Shown one piece after another: positions 19,953 to 32,113 of a stretch of 64,000 bases of DNA; the stretch's first letter is position 1, and each line of letters begins with the position of its first letter. The translations under genes and the position numbers were made by a program. Below the pieces are notes generated by a model that did not search any database, was not told where the DNA came from, and worked only from the letters and a program-made list of their open reading frames with translations. Where the stretch lies: contig JBHGNT010000014.1 of NCBI GenBank assembly GCA_043228905.1, positions 19,654,001 to 19,718,000 on the forward strand, in the 5' to 3' direction. The DNA is from Azolla caroliniana (lineage: Eukaryota > Plantae > Polypodiophyta).

Positions 19953-22376
19953 TTAGAGTGTCTGTAGTTCCACAACTTGCTGCGACCACTCCTTCCACAC
20001 TTTCTCCGAACACTCATTGATTCTTGTCTGGGTCTGGTCCCTCCATGCCGACATTATGTGCCGGATTCTATCCACACTGAGCTTGGCGCGTTCTTCGGCC
20101 TCCTGTTTCTCACTTTTCAGCCTCACTATGATTGCAGCAGCAACTACGGCTTGGCTTTCATACCCAATCACCTGGTGTTGATACGTAGTTTGGAGTTTGT
20201 TTAGCACTAGCTTCGCCTGTTTCGCCTCCTCAAACCGCTGCTTGTTGAACTCCAGCTTTTCCTTTGCTGCTTCCTCTAATAGCTTTGCCATTTCTACCGC
20301 CTTTGTCTTCTCCGCCGCCAAAGCTTCCGTTTTCTTCTCAAGATCGTCCATTTTCTGTGCCAGGTCTGTCCATGCCTACTTTAGCAGCTCCTTCAATCTA
20401 TCCGATTGTTGGTCGAATTCTACTCCCCGCCTCTTGTAATCTGCCTCCATTTGCTTGTGCCCCCGTTATAGTTTATCAAAATCTTCGGTCTTTTGCTTGA
20501 GGCATCGATTTACTTGGGAACACAATCGATCGTCCTTGTCTTTTTGCTGTCGGAGCTCCTCTTTCAACCGTTCGATTTCTGTTTCGGCTTGTCGGCGCAG
20601 CTTATCCTTCTCCTACAATAGCTTTTCCCTTTCTTCCTTTCGCTGGTCATTGTTGGCGTGGCTCTTTCGGAGGTTCTCTTCGACTCTCCGTCGTTCTTCA
20701 TCAGCCAATTTCTTCTGTTCCCTTTCTTTTCCTCTTAATGCCTCTTGAGCCGCCAACTCCTCTCTTAAGGCCCTTAGTTCTTGGGCGGACTCCGTGCCGA
20801 TTTTCGAGGCTGCATTCATCGCCGGTTCTGGTTCTGGTTCCAGGGTTGCCTTCTACTTCCTGGTCAACACGACCGGCTCTGTGTCAACACTTATTTGTTG
20901 GCCCATGTTGGCCCTACTGGCCGCGTATTCCTTGGGCCTTTGTTAACTCTTCTTCCATGCCCTGCAAGTTCTTCGGTCGTTGTGCGCATGAGGTGTCCCC
21001 TCTGCCTTTGTTCCTCATCCAGTTGGTCCACCATGCCGAAGACTTGCTCTCCCAGCCATCTAAGCCATTGTTGGTATGTGCCCTAATCTAGCTCTCCCCC
21101 ATCCGTTGGGGTGCTTTGTGCGTCCTCGTTCAGTGGCGGCTCCGGCTGTTGTTCTAGTTGCCTGTGACTCAAACCCGGTGAAAGGACTTGTTCCATGCCT
21201 GGTTCCGGTTGGCCGGCTAGTGCCTTGCTCTGTCCACTCCCCGATTCGTCTCTTTCCTCGGTTTCCACCACCACAGTTAGAGCCAGTTCTTCCGCCCGTT
21301 GCTCTTGACCCCGCTTCTTTGCGTGTCGTTCCAAGGTTTCGGCTAGTTCCTCCTCAGCCCCCTCTTCTGTGGTCTCCAGGCGGATTTTGTGTATAAAGTC
21401 CTCCGGTTATTGGTCTTGCCGGAGAAGTTTGATTTTGATTGGCTTCTTTCCCGCCGGAGCTTTATCCTCCGCTTCTTGTGTCCGACTAGTTGGCTTAGCC
21501 GATCTCTCTGTGCTTTTCTCTGTCGGTTCTGGTCTTCGGCTGGTTTGGCCTTCCTCCTATTATGATGCATCCTCTGGGGTCCATCCTGGGGTGTGCTTTT
21601 CCAAGAGTTGTCGCCTCTTTGTTGCTTTCTTTGGCGTTGTCTCTGGTCGGCCCCTCTTTTTAGGTTTGATGGTGAGGACGGGGGGTACTAATAAGGTTAG
21701 CCACTGTGCTACCCCTGTCCAATATTTCTTCCCTTCCGTCACAAATTCTATGGAGGATTTCAAGCATTCGGTGATGATCTTCACCCAATCCACCTTCAGT
21801 CCATCGTACGCTGCGATAATGAATCTGGTTCTGTATTTCGGTATGGCCGGTGGTCGGGAGTGCACGAACCCATATTCCAGCAGCACCCGGGCCACCTCCT
21901 AGAATAGAGGGTCTTCTCCCCCTTGCGTTCGGTACGCCTCGTACGCCTTACTACTCGATCAATGTCTCGGTGGATGGGCTCTCCACCGATTGGAGTCCCC
22001 CAGCTTGTAATCTTGTGAGGGCTTGGATTGTGCCCTCTGTTATTTCTGCAAGGTCAATAGTTGGTTCTTCATGTGGTGGCGTGTCTGCTATTCAAAGGAA
22101 TCCCTCGAGTCTATTATTGGTGAACCATTCGCGTGCTGCATTGGAGAGCGTCATGGGACCTGAGTCTTCTTCGTCGTTGTCGGTGTGCTTCTCTGAGAGG
22201 GGGTTGTGCTCTGTGTGTCTAAGGGTTCGTGTGCTTTTCTGTGCTCGCCACAATCGAAGTTCTCTAAAGGACATTCCCTCGTTTGGCCTTTGATTTTGTA
22301 CACCCATCTTCTTGAACCGCCAATTCTCGGTTCCCGCGCATTTACGTCTAAATGTGCATGTGCAATGTGTGTGCAC
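19953..22376 (-). pseudogene. Disrupted antisense ORF of element D: globular segment, low-complexity linker, long coiled coil
   Basis: Chain of minus-strand ORF pieces 22092-22376, 21560-21895, 21083-21334, 20613-20819, 19953-20351; E/K/R/Q heptad-rich C-terminal part. Confidence 0.65.
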
Positions 22377-23199
22377 ACAAAAGGCAATTAATTGTGCACA
22401 TGCAAAGGAAAAAGGGAAAAAAAGGGTGGAAAGGAGGTATAGAAACTCGTGTAAAAAGTAAGAGAGATGAGAGATGAAAAGTAGAGAGGAGACACGCTAT
22501 GAATTTGTAGATATAGAATTATATATTATATAAGAGAGGGTTAATGGACTAGTGGATAGTCAAATTGACTTCTAGCTAGAGGTGTATGGGTCAAATTTGG
22601 TCTTACAATGCAACATGATTTAAGGAATTTTATTCCTTTTGCATTGAAGACAAAATTGATGACCCCCCTTCCTTTTTTCCTATAAAAGGAGGTCGAGGGG
22701 GGCTCATTTAGGAGGACGTTTTGGGAGAAGACTATCGCCATTTTTACTTTGGAGCTCTTCATTTTCATCTTCACCTTCATCATTTCTCTTCATCTCATAC
22801 CCCTTCCTCCCCTCATCGCCATGTGCTTGTCTTCTTTGCGTTGGCACTCGAAGTGCTTGTTTACGGTGCTCGTCAACCCAAGCTTCGTTGTTTCGACGTT
22901 GCTTCTCCCTTGTTCGTCGTTGCGAGCCCATGTGCTCGTCGTTCGGGTAGTCATGGTACGTTGGGGTCGCCATTTTTGTGGTGCTCGTTTGTTCGTCTTC
23001 TTCGTGTTCGTGCTCCGTGTTCGGATTTGATTTTGTCTTAAGGGCATTTCCTATTTATGTTTTGTTGAGCTTGTGATTAACTAGAAGTTGCCACATTGTA
23101 ATCAAACCCTATTTTATAAAGGGCCCTCTTGCGTTGGAATCGAACACATATTTATTTCTTTAGCCAATATCATTCGTGTTTTTTCTTTCTTTCTTTCTT

Positions 23200-23723
23200 T
23201 GTGTCTTCCTTATACGTTCGGTCGTCTTGTGATGAGGGAACATTTCGGTCGTGCCCATGCACCTCTCCTCCTCATAAAGGCGTACAAGCATTTGTGTGTG
23301 TGCTTGTGTCTTCCTTGTACGTTCGGTCGTCTTGACACGAGGGAGCGTTTCGGGCGTGCCCATGCACCTCTCCTCCTCATAAAGGCGTACGAGCATTTTG
23401 TGCGTGTGTTTGTGTCTTCCTTGTACGACCGGCCCTCTTGTGACGAGGGAGCGTTTTGGGCTTGCCCATGCACTTCTCCTCCTCATAAAGGCGTACGAGC
23501 ATTTGTGTGTGTGTTTTGTGTCTTTCTTGTACGTTCGACATCTTGTGACAAGGGAGTGTTCGAGCATGCCCATGCACCTCTCCTCCTCATAAAGACGTAC
23601 GAGCATTCGTGTTTGTATTCTCGTTCCTTTCCTTGTACGTTCAAAGTCTTGTGACAAGGGAGCATTCGGGCGTGCCCATGCACCTCTCCTCCTCATAAAG
23701 ACGTACGGGCATTTGTGTTTGTG
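23200..23723. repeat. Tandem array, 5 copies of about 105 bp
   Basis: Core TGCCCATGCACCTCTCCTCCTCATAAAG recurs at about 23252, 23357, 23463, 23567 and 23673. Confidence 0.92.
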
Positions 23724-23997
23724 TTATTGCCCCCTTGTGCGTCCATCTTGCGTGGTCATCTTTGCTTGTACCTGTTTGATCACTTGGCTCATGTGGTGAT
23801 CTCGAAAACTCGACGAGTCATGATCAATGAAAGCCACTAGCCCCACAAAAGGGGCAACGAGCCCTTGCTCGGGAAGGATTCGGGAATTAGTATTGTAGTA
23901 AAGCAAACCTCAGGTCTTCTCTATCCCTTCGTACTCCCTAGTCCAAGACCCCCTGTGGTCGTGCCCAAGTAACATACATGCGTGAAACTTCGCGACA

Positions 23998-25895
23998 ATG
24001 GCTCACATCTTAGTGGCAAACCAGGTACTACTCGCAACAGCATGGTACAGTCTATCATGTTGGACAATCTCCAAGGAAAGTATACATCAGATTCAACGAC
24101 TGGTCCACAACTACATTTGGTCTGGTAAGGAAGATCATGTAACTCACGCCAAGGTGGTGTGGCCTTTACTCACAGCGCCTAAGTCGAGAGGGGGATTGGG
24201 TCTTATTGATCCCCTTTCACAATCAAAAGTCTTACTTGCCAAATTTGTGGTGCGAGGACTCCAACCAGGAAATGACTGTTGGAAAATGCTACTGCGGTTA
24301 CGTTTCGCTTACTTTAGGCCACGAAAAGGGGTCAATTGGGCACCCCAAACAGGATGGATTCTAAACATGGATCTCAAACCTAGTTTCTCTCGCCAATTGG
24401 AGGATAGATTCAGTGCATCCATGTGGAAGGTATGGTGTGACATTAGATGAGGCCTCAAGTGCGATCAACCAAGTTCTGAAGCTGCCTGGCTCAGTCAACA
24501 TATCTTATGGAACCCATGTATCGAGGATGAATCTAATCAACTACTTGGATCACGTAAGGGGTTGTCATGGGGATACATTACAGAAGGTCCATGAAAAAGT
24601 ATAGAATGTTGGAGACGGTTTATGGCAATGCCGCTACAAGATCAAGCCAACATATTGCATGGAATCAAGGGCGGATGGACTATGAGATCGAAAATCATTA
24701 CCGCTCTACTGATTACGGAAGCTGCTACTCAAAGGAAGACAATGGAGAAATGGATAGGCTACGAGGAGGAGGGATCTCTTATCCCGAGAGGTAGGGGAAC
24801 ACCAGACATGATCGATGGCTCTAAAGTGCGAGACACTAAGACACCAACACAGAATAACGCAATTCGAGTACTCGCGTATACTGGTCATAAATGGATTGTA
24901 GATCTTGATCCGATCAAAGTACAACCCAATTGGCACATATGTACTCATGAAAACACATTGCTACGTAAGGTTAATTGGGACTTTGCAATGGACATGGCGT
25001 GATCCTTACGCTAGGCAAGGAAGCAAACCCATCCCTTTCTTCCAATTCACAACTCGATTGGGTCGCCACATTCTAGCAGCTCAAACCGCCCGAGAGCCGG
25101 CTGCTGCAAAGGTCTGGCACACATTTCAAGTTCCTCCCACAATTATCACCACGTTTTGGCACAAAATCTGGAAACAACAACACGTGAGGCGAATTACCAC
25201 GTTCAAATGGCTATTAATACATAAGTCCCTACCGGTGGGAGCATGGCAACGTGGGAATCTTAGCTCTCCTAATTGTGTAGAGTGCCCAAATGCAGTAGAA
25301 TCAATACGACACGCTCTGTGGGACTGCCCAGCGTCCCATCGAATATGGTGGGGGGTTGGCCGCTTGTTGCAATTATGCCAGGTGCAAGGCTCAATCAAGT
25401 GGGGAAATATATGTCGGCTATTATGGCAAACCCCAATTGGCAGATACGAGCATCAGGAGGAGGGGATGACTTTGGTGATAAAAGCACAAGAGGTTTTTTT
25501 CTCCACCAGCGGCCATGTCCACTCAACTCCTCTTAATGACAAATCTCAAGTTGTGTTGGAATTGGTCAGCCCAATAACTCTTTGGATTCTATGGAAACAA
25601 CAGTGTAGATGGGTCTTCTCCAACCAAATCGTGCATCCAACAAGGTTACTACAAGAGATATGGAGTGAAATTGTAGCCACTCTAAAGAGCCAATATGATG
25701 GCCCCAAGGGTGTCTCCGATGGAGTTGAAGGACAACGAATAGCCTTCATCCAACAATGGTCGTCCTCTCCCTTTCTTGAGTCAGTGGGCATCCACATAAG
25801 ATGGAACTATCGTGTCCCTACAGGGATTTGTACATAATCGTCTCATTTGTAAAATTTTATAACTAATGAAAGGAGGTTTTTTTTGGAAAAAAAAG
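23998..25895 (+). mobile_element. 3' part of an L1-clade LINE (ORF2 C-terminus), interrupted by the LTR nest
   Basis: ILVANQVLLA, PKSRGGLGLID, zf-RVT CVEC...ESIRHALWDCP, WNYRVP; A-rich tail at about 25887-25895. Confidence 0.88.
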
Positions 25896-25999
25896 AAAGA
25901 TTGGATGGTTAGATTGGATGACACTTGCAATCTCCCTTACTTTTCTTTTCACTTATATGATATAACAAACATTCCGCATATATTACAACTCAAATGTTT

Positions 26000-27000
26000 T
26001 CCTATGAAGATGTGACTACAACAAGAGTAAAATGAGGATGGTTGATCCATATGAAGAGAAAACAAAATACACAACTTGAAACTCTTGCATGCACTCAAAT
26101 GAGCATACATCGGACATTAATTTCGATGCCATCTTTGAGATTTATGGAACCACTCAGCGCCAATGAGTCACTTTTGACATTGCCTTGAGACTTGACGCCT
26201 TCTTTGGAAACAATTAGAGGGCTATATGATCCCAAGTCATGTCTCAAACAATTTTGTGAAAATTATATGACATACATAAACTACAGCTAGATGATATTGT
26301 TCGGCTTGGTGATTGTCATGTAAAACAAAGCATTAGTTTTGTGGTGAAGGTCTCCCAAATGTGGAGTTCCTTATTCAAGAAATTGCACAAACTACCTAGG
26401 GATCAGTTAGTTTAACAAGAAGAGGCATGACCAAGGAGACTTGAGGTTGATCTTTTGGATAGTTATCAGGATGAAATCATTTTAAAACATGGAAGAATTT
26501 TGACCACATGCCATTGAATTACCTGTCCAAACTAATGGTTGGATCTCACATGTATGATGTTGAAACCTAAGTTCTCTCTATCATTGTTGTAATTAAGATA
26601 GCATTATAGGCACAACTCAATACGATCAACTTTCTACAAACAACATTGACATAGCCTCCTTTCTCAACACGTAGAAGATTTTGGTTTAAACGTTGTCATG
26701 AAAGTCTAAACAAACTATCACAAGAATATAGAAAAAACTAAAATAAATAAATGCGGGGGGGAAACCGTTAATGAGAGATTCACCGTTGTTGTTGAATTGG
26801 AATACCCAAAGGCTCATTCCTTATGAGTTTGCATAACATTTCTTCAATGCCAATACATCTAGGATAACTAGACAATATAATTTTATAGAACATTCTAGTT
26901 TTAATTGTCACATTCCTACTCTGATATTGCACTTGAGATTATTATGTAAGAAGTTGTTCTAGAACATTCTAGAGGGATTTGTCCCTTTCCTAGCTAATGC
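26000..27000 (+). mobile_element. Possible highly decayed LTR-element 3' end (PPT plus LTR remnant)
   Basis: G-rich tract GCGGGGGGG near 26753-26761, followed by sequence with repeated TAGAACATTCTAG; upstream coding signal very weak. Confidence 0.3.
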
Positions 27001-29040
27001 ATGTGCCAGACAAAGACAAGAAAAGGTTTGACTTTGTTCCTTTAAACACTTTGAATCTCTATTTGCATAATTTTTCATATGGGTGGAAACCCTTTCAATG
27101 TTCTTAAGATTTGATTGATTTCATCTTTTTCTCCGAAAGCAATAGTATTTTTGTTTTTATCAATGTGACTCTTGCATGGATGCAAACCAAGGTTCTTTTC
27201 CCTTACTTCTTAACTTCTGAAGTTCTAGTGCTCACAAAAACCTTTTCCTCGAAATAAGTAAAAATAAAAGCATGTATGTATTAACTTATTGAGGATTTCT
27301 TCACTATGTCCTTGGTTGATAGCATGAATTTTCTCTCATTATTATTTTTATCGAGCCAAGTAGAATGCTTGTTACTTTTTCAAAAGAGTGAATCTATTTC
27401 AAACTTATACTAAAAGTTAGTCATGCAAAGTAGAAGCTTTCCATTCCTTAGAAAGTATACTTGTTAAACACTCCACTTAAGTTTTACATCATTCACTACA
27501 TTCTTTAAAATAATTGGTCTAACCTAGATCCGATTACCTATGCAAGAACGTATGTATATTGTTGTTTTTGCAAGTCTATAAAAATAACATGTGAAATTCC
27601 TTCATTTACGAATCAACAAAGACAATGAAACCAATCAAATTATTTTTCTAAACAAATTGTGTTGAAACTTTGTACTAAAGGCCGGTTTTTCGTGAGCCCT
27701 GTCTTGCATTGAACCCTTTACTGAAGTATTACTACTACTGCTCGAATATAGTATGATGCATCATCGTTGTTAAATCAAAATCCACAACTTCAAAACTTAA
27801 AAGTCACTTCTTATCATATCTTTCCTATCCCCATGGTAACTTCTCCAACTTTCATAGTCCTTTTCTTAAGCTTCCCTACCTTTGTTTATTTCTTTATCGG
27901 AAATAGTGAGAAAGAGGAAATATCTCGTTAAAACAAACTATGTGAGACTCTCTCATACTCTTAGAATGGACGGTGTGTGATTGAAGGGATTTAGCTCGAA
28001 TGATAGTAGTACCCTATTTATGAATAAGCTATTGTGAAATGGTTTGTTGTCTTAGGGTAAAATGTAATGGGGAAATGTGTGCTTTGGGATTTGATACTTC
28101 TTTTGGGAGTTTTCATCTAACCTTATAAAATTTTCACAAGAAATTTAAAGAGAGCTCTCCCAATTATAGAACAATAATGGTCTTCATGAATTGGACCTCG
28201 AAACTCTCATTGAAATGGAATTCCATGTTTTGTAGGACTTGGTTTTGTTTTTTTATTGAGTTGTTTTGCAACTAATATTGTGTCTTCGTAATAGTATTGT
28301 CGTGAAGAGATCATTGGTATAAAAATACATATGTCTTTTATTGAACATCTTGATCGTAAAGTCTAAAGCGAGTTCCAAGTGGCATTACAAAGATGTCAAA
28401 AGTTGAAGATAGAGATGCAAAGTTTTGAGCACAACTTTACTATAATTCTCAAATTACTTGAATTGATCATTACTCTTTGTTGGGATTTGGTATCCCATGT
28501 TAGATGTTTGACCTTCACTCAAACAACAATATGATCTCAACAAGCCCTCTTCTTATTATCTCAAAGAGTAAATAACAAACACTAGTGTACGTGAAAAAGT
28601 AAACCATTTCCGGGTAAGGTGAACACTAGTACAAAGAAACAACAAATTCAATGAGACCCAAATACAATACGCATCTTTCAACTTGTTGGAATCACGAGAA
28701 TATACAAAGCCTAGGTAAAAGCAAATGTTCGCTCGTTCAAGAAATGAGAATGATCATGAAAATCCAAATAGAAACGAAAGAGAGGAAGAAATATGTGTTC
28801 ATGTTGACCCAATATCCCAAAATCCCCAAATCATTGTCGTGAGATGCCTCATGTCGATCATTACATTACGATTCGTGTGTCTCTACAACATGACTTTTGT
28901 TCGGTTTGTGCTCATGTCAGGGATTAGAATTGTAGTCCAAACGACCGACGACATGAATGCTTGTATGCAATGAGGTTTTCCGAGACGAAGATTTAAGACA
29001 CTATTTCCGAGCTCATGGGGCCCAATGGGCACTTTGGGTG

Positions 29041-29056
29041 GACACGTGTACGTGAC
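29041..29056. promoter_or_regulatory. Adjacent G-box/ABRE-like motifs in the putative bHLH promoter
   Basis: GACACGTGTACGTGAC about 470 bp upstream of the ATG, next to a GGGCCCA site-II-like motif; TATATAAG near 29377. Confidence 0.35.
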
Positions 29057-29119
29057 AAGCAAGTAAAGCTAATTTTGGTGCCATTTTCTTTGTACATTAT
29101 AAACTTAAAGAATGTTGGT

Positions 29120-29127
29120 TGTATATG

Positions 29128-29158
<31 letters not shown>

Positions 29159-29186
29159 CTACATACACATATACATATACATCTAC

Positions 29187-29229
<43 letters not shown>

Positions 29230-29360
29230 TATACATATACATACACATACACATATACATACATATACATATACATATATGATATACATCTACATATATG
29301 ATATACATCTACATATACATATACTGTTATACATATATATGTAGATAGATAGATAGATAG
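29120..29360. repeat. Compound (TATACA/TACACA)n microsatellite upstream of the bHLH gene
   Basis: Seen directly in the sequence. Confidence 0.95.
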
Positions 29361-29515
29361 ACATAAAAGGACAGTTATATAAGTGAAATGCTTGTATAGA
29401 GAGGGGTACATATATGAAGAAGAAGAAGAAGAAGAAGAAGCTCCTTCTTGTTTGAGGTGAAAGGAAAAGAGGAAAAAGTCTCTTTCTCTGTTCTTCCCCT
29501 GTTTTTGTTGGCTCC

Positions 29516-31693
29516 ATGAATAACTACTCAGAGTTTGTTCACATTGCTAATGCTCATCATCATCATCATCGTCATCATCATCATCATGTGGATGATAATT
29601 TAGGAGTAGGTCCTTACAATAATATGCCTGGACTAGTAGCTGATCCTCTTCCTCATCATCACCATGACCATGATGAGGAATATCAGTCTAGTACTGTCAA
29701 TGATGATGGTGATGGTGATGGTGATGGTGAGGATCATCCTCATCCTTCTGTGGATGATCCACTCACTCTAATCTCTAACTATAATAGGAACCTTGATCTA
29801 AGCTACACTAATGGTGATAATTTGTCACAGCTAGCAGTGGCAGTAGCACATGATGATGATGATGATGATGAGTATTCTTCACTAATGCAGTCTACCAACA
29901 ATATATTGGATGGGTTCATGTGGATGGGCAGCAGTAGCAGTGCCATGAATACTTCCAATGCTTCACCACTGCTACTAGATCCCCATCCTCACCATGGCCA
30001 TGATCTGTTAAGCACTGTCATGGACATGCAGAGTAGCATCAGTAATGGAAGCCATCACCATCATCATCATCATCATCAATTGATGAATGTACTTAACATC
30101 ATGGATCATCATCACCATCATCATCATCATCTTCTCCTTCAATCTGCTGCTCCTCCACCTCCTCCTATTACTACTTCTACCTCTACTACTATTAGTAGCA
30201 CTGCTAATAATAGTGGTCATGTGCTCTTTGAACCCTGCACCCATACTAGTCTAATCCCTACCACTAATTACATTTCTTCCTCCACTTCTTGTACAAGCTC
30301 TAGCCCTGCTCCTCCTCCCCCATCCATGATGGGCCCAATGATGATGAGTATGCAAGGAGGCACATCAACATGCCTCCACAGTAATCATACTCAACTTGAA
30401 GAAGGTATTCAGGGTTTAATCCATGGTCATGACCCATATGGTGCTTATACTTACAGCCATAGCAATCACAACAACCAAAATAGTAGTAATGCTGGAGCTA
30501 TCACCTCCCATGATGCTAATTACTACAGTTCTAATGAGATTATTGGGAAGAAGAGGCCATTCAGCTCAGTCATGGCCACGGATCAAGAGCATCAATATAA
30601 TGATAACAATAATAACAACAATAATAGTAGTAGTAATAGTCATAATAATGGATCCATCCTCGGTGGTGGTGGCGATATCATCGACACGAGCGTATCGATC
30701 CTGGGACCATCGACTCCCCAACTAATTAAGAAGGATTATGACAACCACAATAATGAGAATGATAGCATGCCCTTGTTGAAATCAGTACAACAACATCATG
30801 AAGAAGAAGAAGAAGAAGAAGAACCAGAACCAGAAGCAGCAGTAGGAGGGAGAGTAGAATTAATGAGCAATAGCTACTCATCTTTAACACATGCATTCAG
30901 CTCTATGCTTTACAAAGCGCGAATCGACCATAATCATAATCATAATCATAATCATAATCATAATCATGGGGGCGCCCGTGTCGGATATTGGTGTAGGCCA
31001 GACGGGGCCAACAACACGAAGTACGGTTTGGGCGGGTCATCGTCATCATTGCGGGAGGCAGAGGCAGTAATGAAGAGAAGCAAATTAGTAGTGGGGAGTA
31101 ATTCAGCACATCCATTACATAATGTAGTGAATAATGGTGTCAACACTAATAACAATAACAATAGTAGGAGTAGTAGTAACAAGAATGTGATGAAGAAAGT
31201 GGGGATTGGTAGTGTTCACACTATGGGGGTTGGGATTGGGAGCCAAATGGGGGGCCGGAGGGCGCACGGGACGGCCACAGACCCGCAGAGCGTGGCGGCG
31301 CGCACAAGGCGCGAGAAGTTCAGCGACCGCATCCGCACGCTCCAGGGCCTCGTGCCGAATGCCGACCGACTCGACACCGTGTCCATGCTCGGCCGCACTC
31401 TCGACTACGTCACCTTCCTCCAACACCAGGTCTGGTCTTTGTACCATGGCCTAGACCCCATCTCCAACATCCGGTCATGCACGAGCACCCACGAGAAGTG
31501 GAAGGATTTCATCGACCACCACCACCACAATGATGCCGTCTTGAATGTCGAGAATATTCACGTAGAGAATATTCATGTCGAGAATATTCACATGGACCGA
31601 CGGAATCCCGTCATCAACCATATCGACCACCTCCACAACGACGATGATGATGACAACAACAAACCCAAGGCCCCCACCCCATTATCCAAATGA
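29516..31693 (+). CDS. Intronless subfamily-VIII bHLH transcription factor, 725 aa (VIIIa BONOBO/LAX1-like or RSL-related)
   Basis: [56 protein letters not shown]; long His/Asn/Ser/Asp homopolymer-rich N-terminus; single long ORF. Confidence 0.9.
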   Translation: MNNYSEFVHIANAHHHHHRHHHHHVDDNLGVGPYNNMPGLVADPLPHHHHDHDEEYQSSTVNDDGDGDGDGEDHPHPSVDDPLTLISNYNRNLDLSYTNGDNLSQLAVAVAHDDDDDDEYSSLMQSTNNILDGFMWMGSSSSAMNTSNASPLLLDPHPHHGHDLLSTVMDMQSSISNGSHHHHHHHHQLMNVLNIMDHHHHHHHHLLLQSAAPPPPPITTSTSTTISSTANNSGHVLFEPCTHTSLIPTTNYISSSTSCTSSSPAPPPPSMMGPMMMSMQGGTSTCLHSNHTQLEEGIQGLIHGHDPYGAYTYSHSNHNNQNSSNAGAITSHDANYYSSNEIIGKKRPFSSVMATDQEHQYNDNNNNNNNSSSNSHNNGSILGGGGDIIDTSVSILGPSTPQLIKKDYDNHNNENDSMPLLKSVQQHHEEEEEEEEPEPEAAVGGRVELMSNSYSSLTHAFSSMLYKARIDHNHNHNHNHNHNHGGARVGYWCRPDGANNTKYGLGGSSSSLREAEAVMKRSKLVVGSNSAHPLHNVVNNGVNTNNNNNSRSSSNKNVMKKVGIGSVHTMGVGIGSQMGGRRAHGTATDPQSVAARTRREKFSDRIRTLQGLVPNADRLDTVSMLGRTLDYVTFLQHQVWSLYHGLDPISNIRSCTSTHEKWKDFIDHHHHNDAVLNVENIHVENIHVENIHMDRRNPVINHIDHLHNDDDDDNNKPKAPTPLSK

Positions 31694-32113
31694 CATTAGG
31701 ATGGATCCTTGCTTCATTCATGACTTCATTTCTGTCTTTATTTTCCATGATTTTTAATGTATTCTCCATGCTATATATTACTTTGTACACCTGATCTGAC
31801 CAATTTAATTATATTTTCTCATTCACGTTTCATTTAGGTTATGATATTCAAACTCAAAACAATTACATTTGAATCTCTAATTACTAAACCCTTAGAGTAT
31901 AGGAATAGAATATATGGCAGATTATTCTATGAGTGTGTTGCCAACCGTGTCTTTCCAATGCGACACAATGTCTCTTGGGGTATCTCTTAGATGAAGGCCA
32001 TATCCTTTAATAGTTATAACTGTAAGTTATCTCTTTTATTACTTTTATTTTAACACTCACCACCCAAAAGAAAGAATCAAAACATCATCTTCTTCTCTTC
32101 AATTTTAGAAGGA

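Larger units (their letters stand above)
19857..23997 (+). mobile_element. 3' part of LTR element D: antisense ORF region plus probable 3' LTR (about 22545-23997)
   Basis: The end (CCTAGTCCAAGACCCCCTGTGGT...CGCGACA) is homologous to the U5 ends of LTRs A, B and C and abuts the LINE ORF. TATAAAA at 22681; purine tract 22532-22544. The LTR start is uncertain. Confidence 0.6.

Noticed and set aside
23200-23723. CRISPR-like look of the 105-bp array and its ORFs
   Set aside because: Whole units are homologous with no unique spacers, there are no cas genes and the context is eukaryotic; the ORFs are repeat artefacts.
28993-29411. ORFs rich in YT/HI/CV dipeptides
   Set aside because: Translations of a microsatellite.
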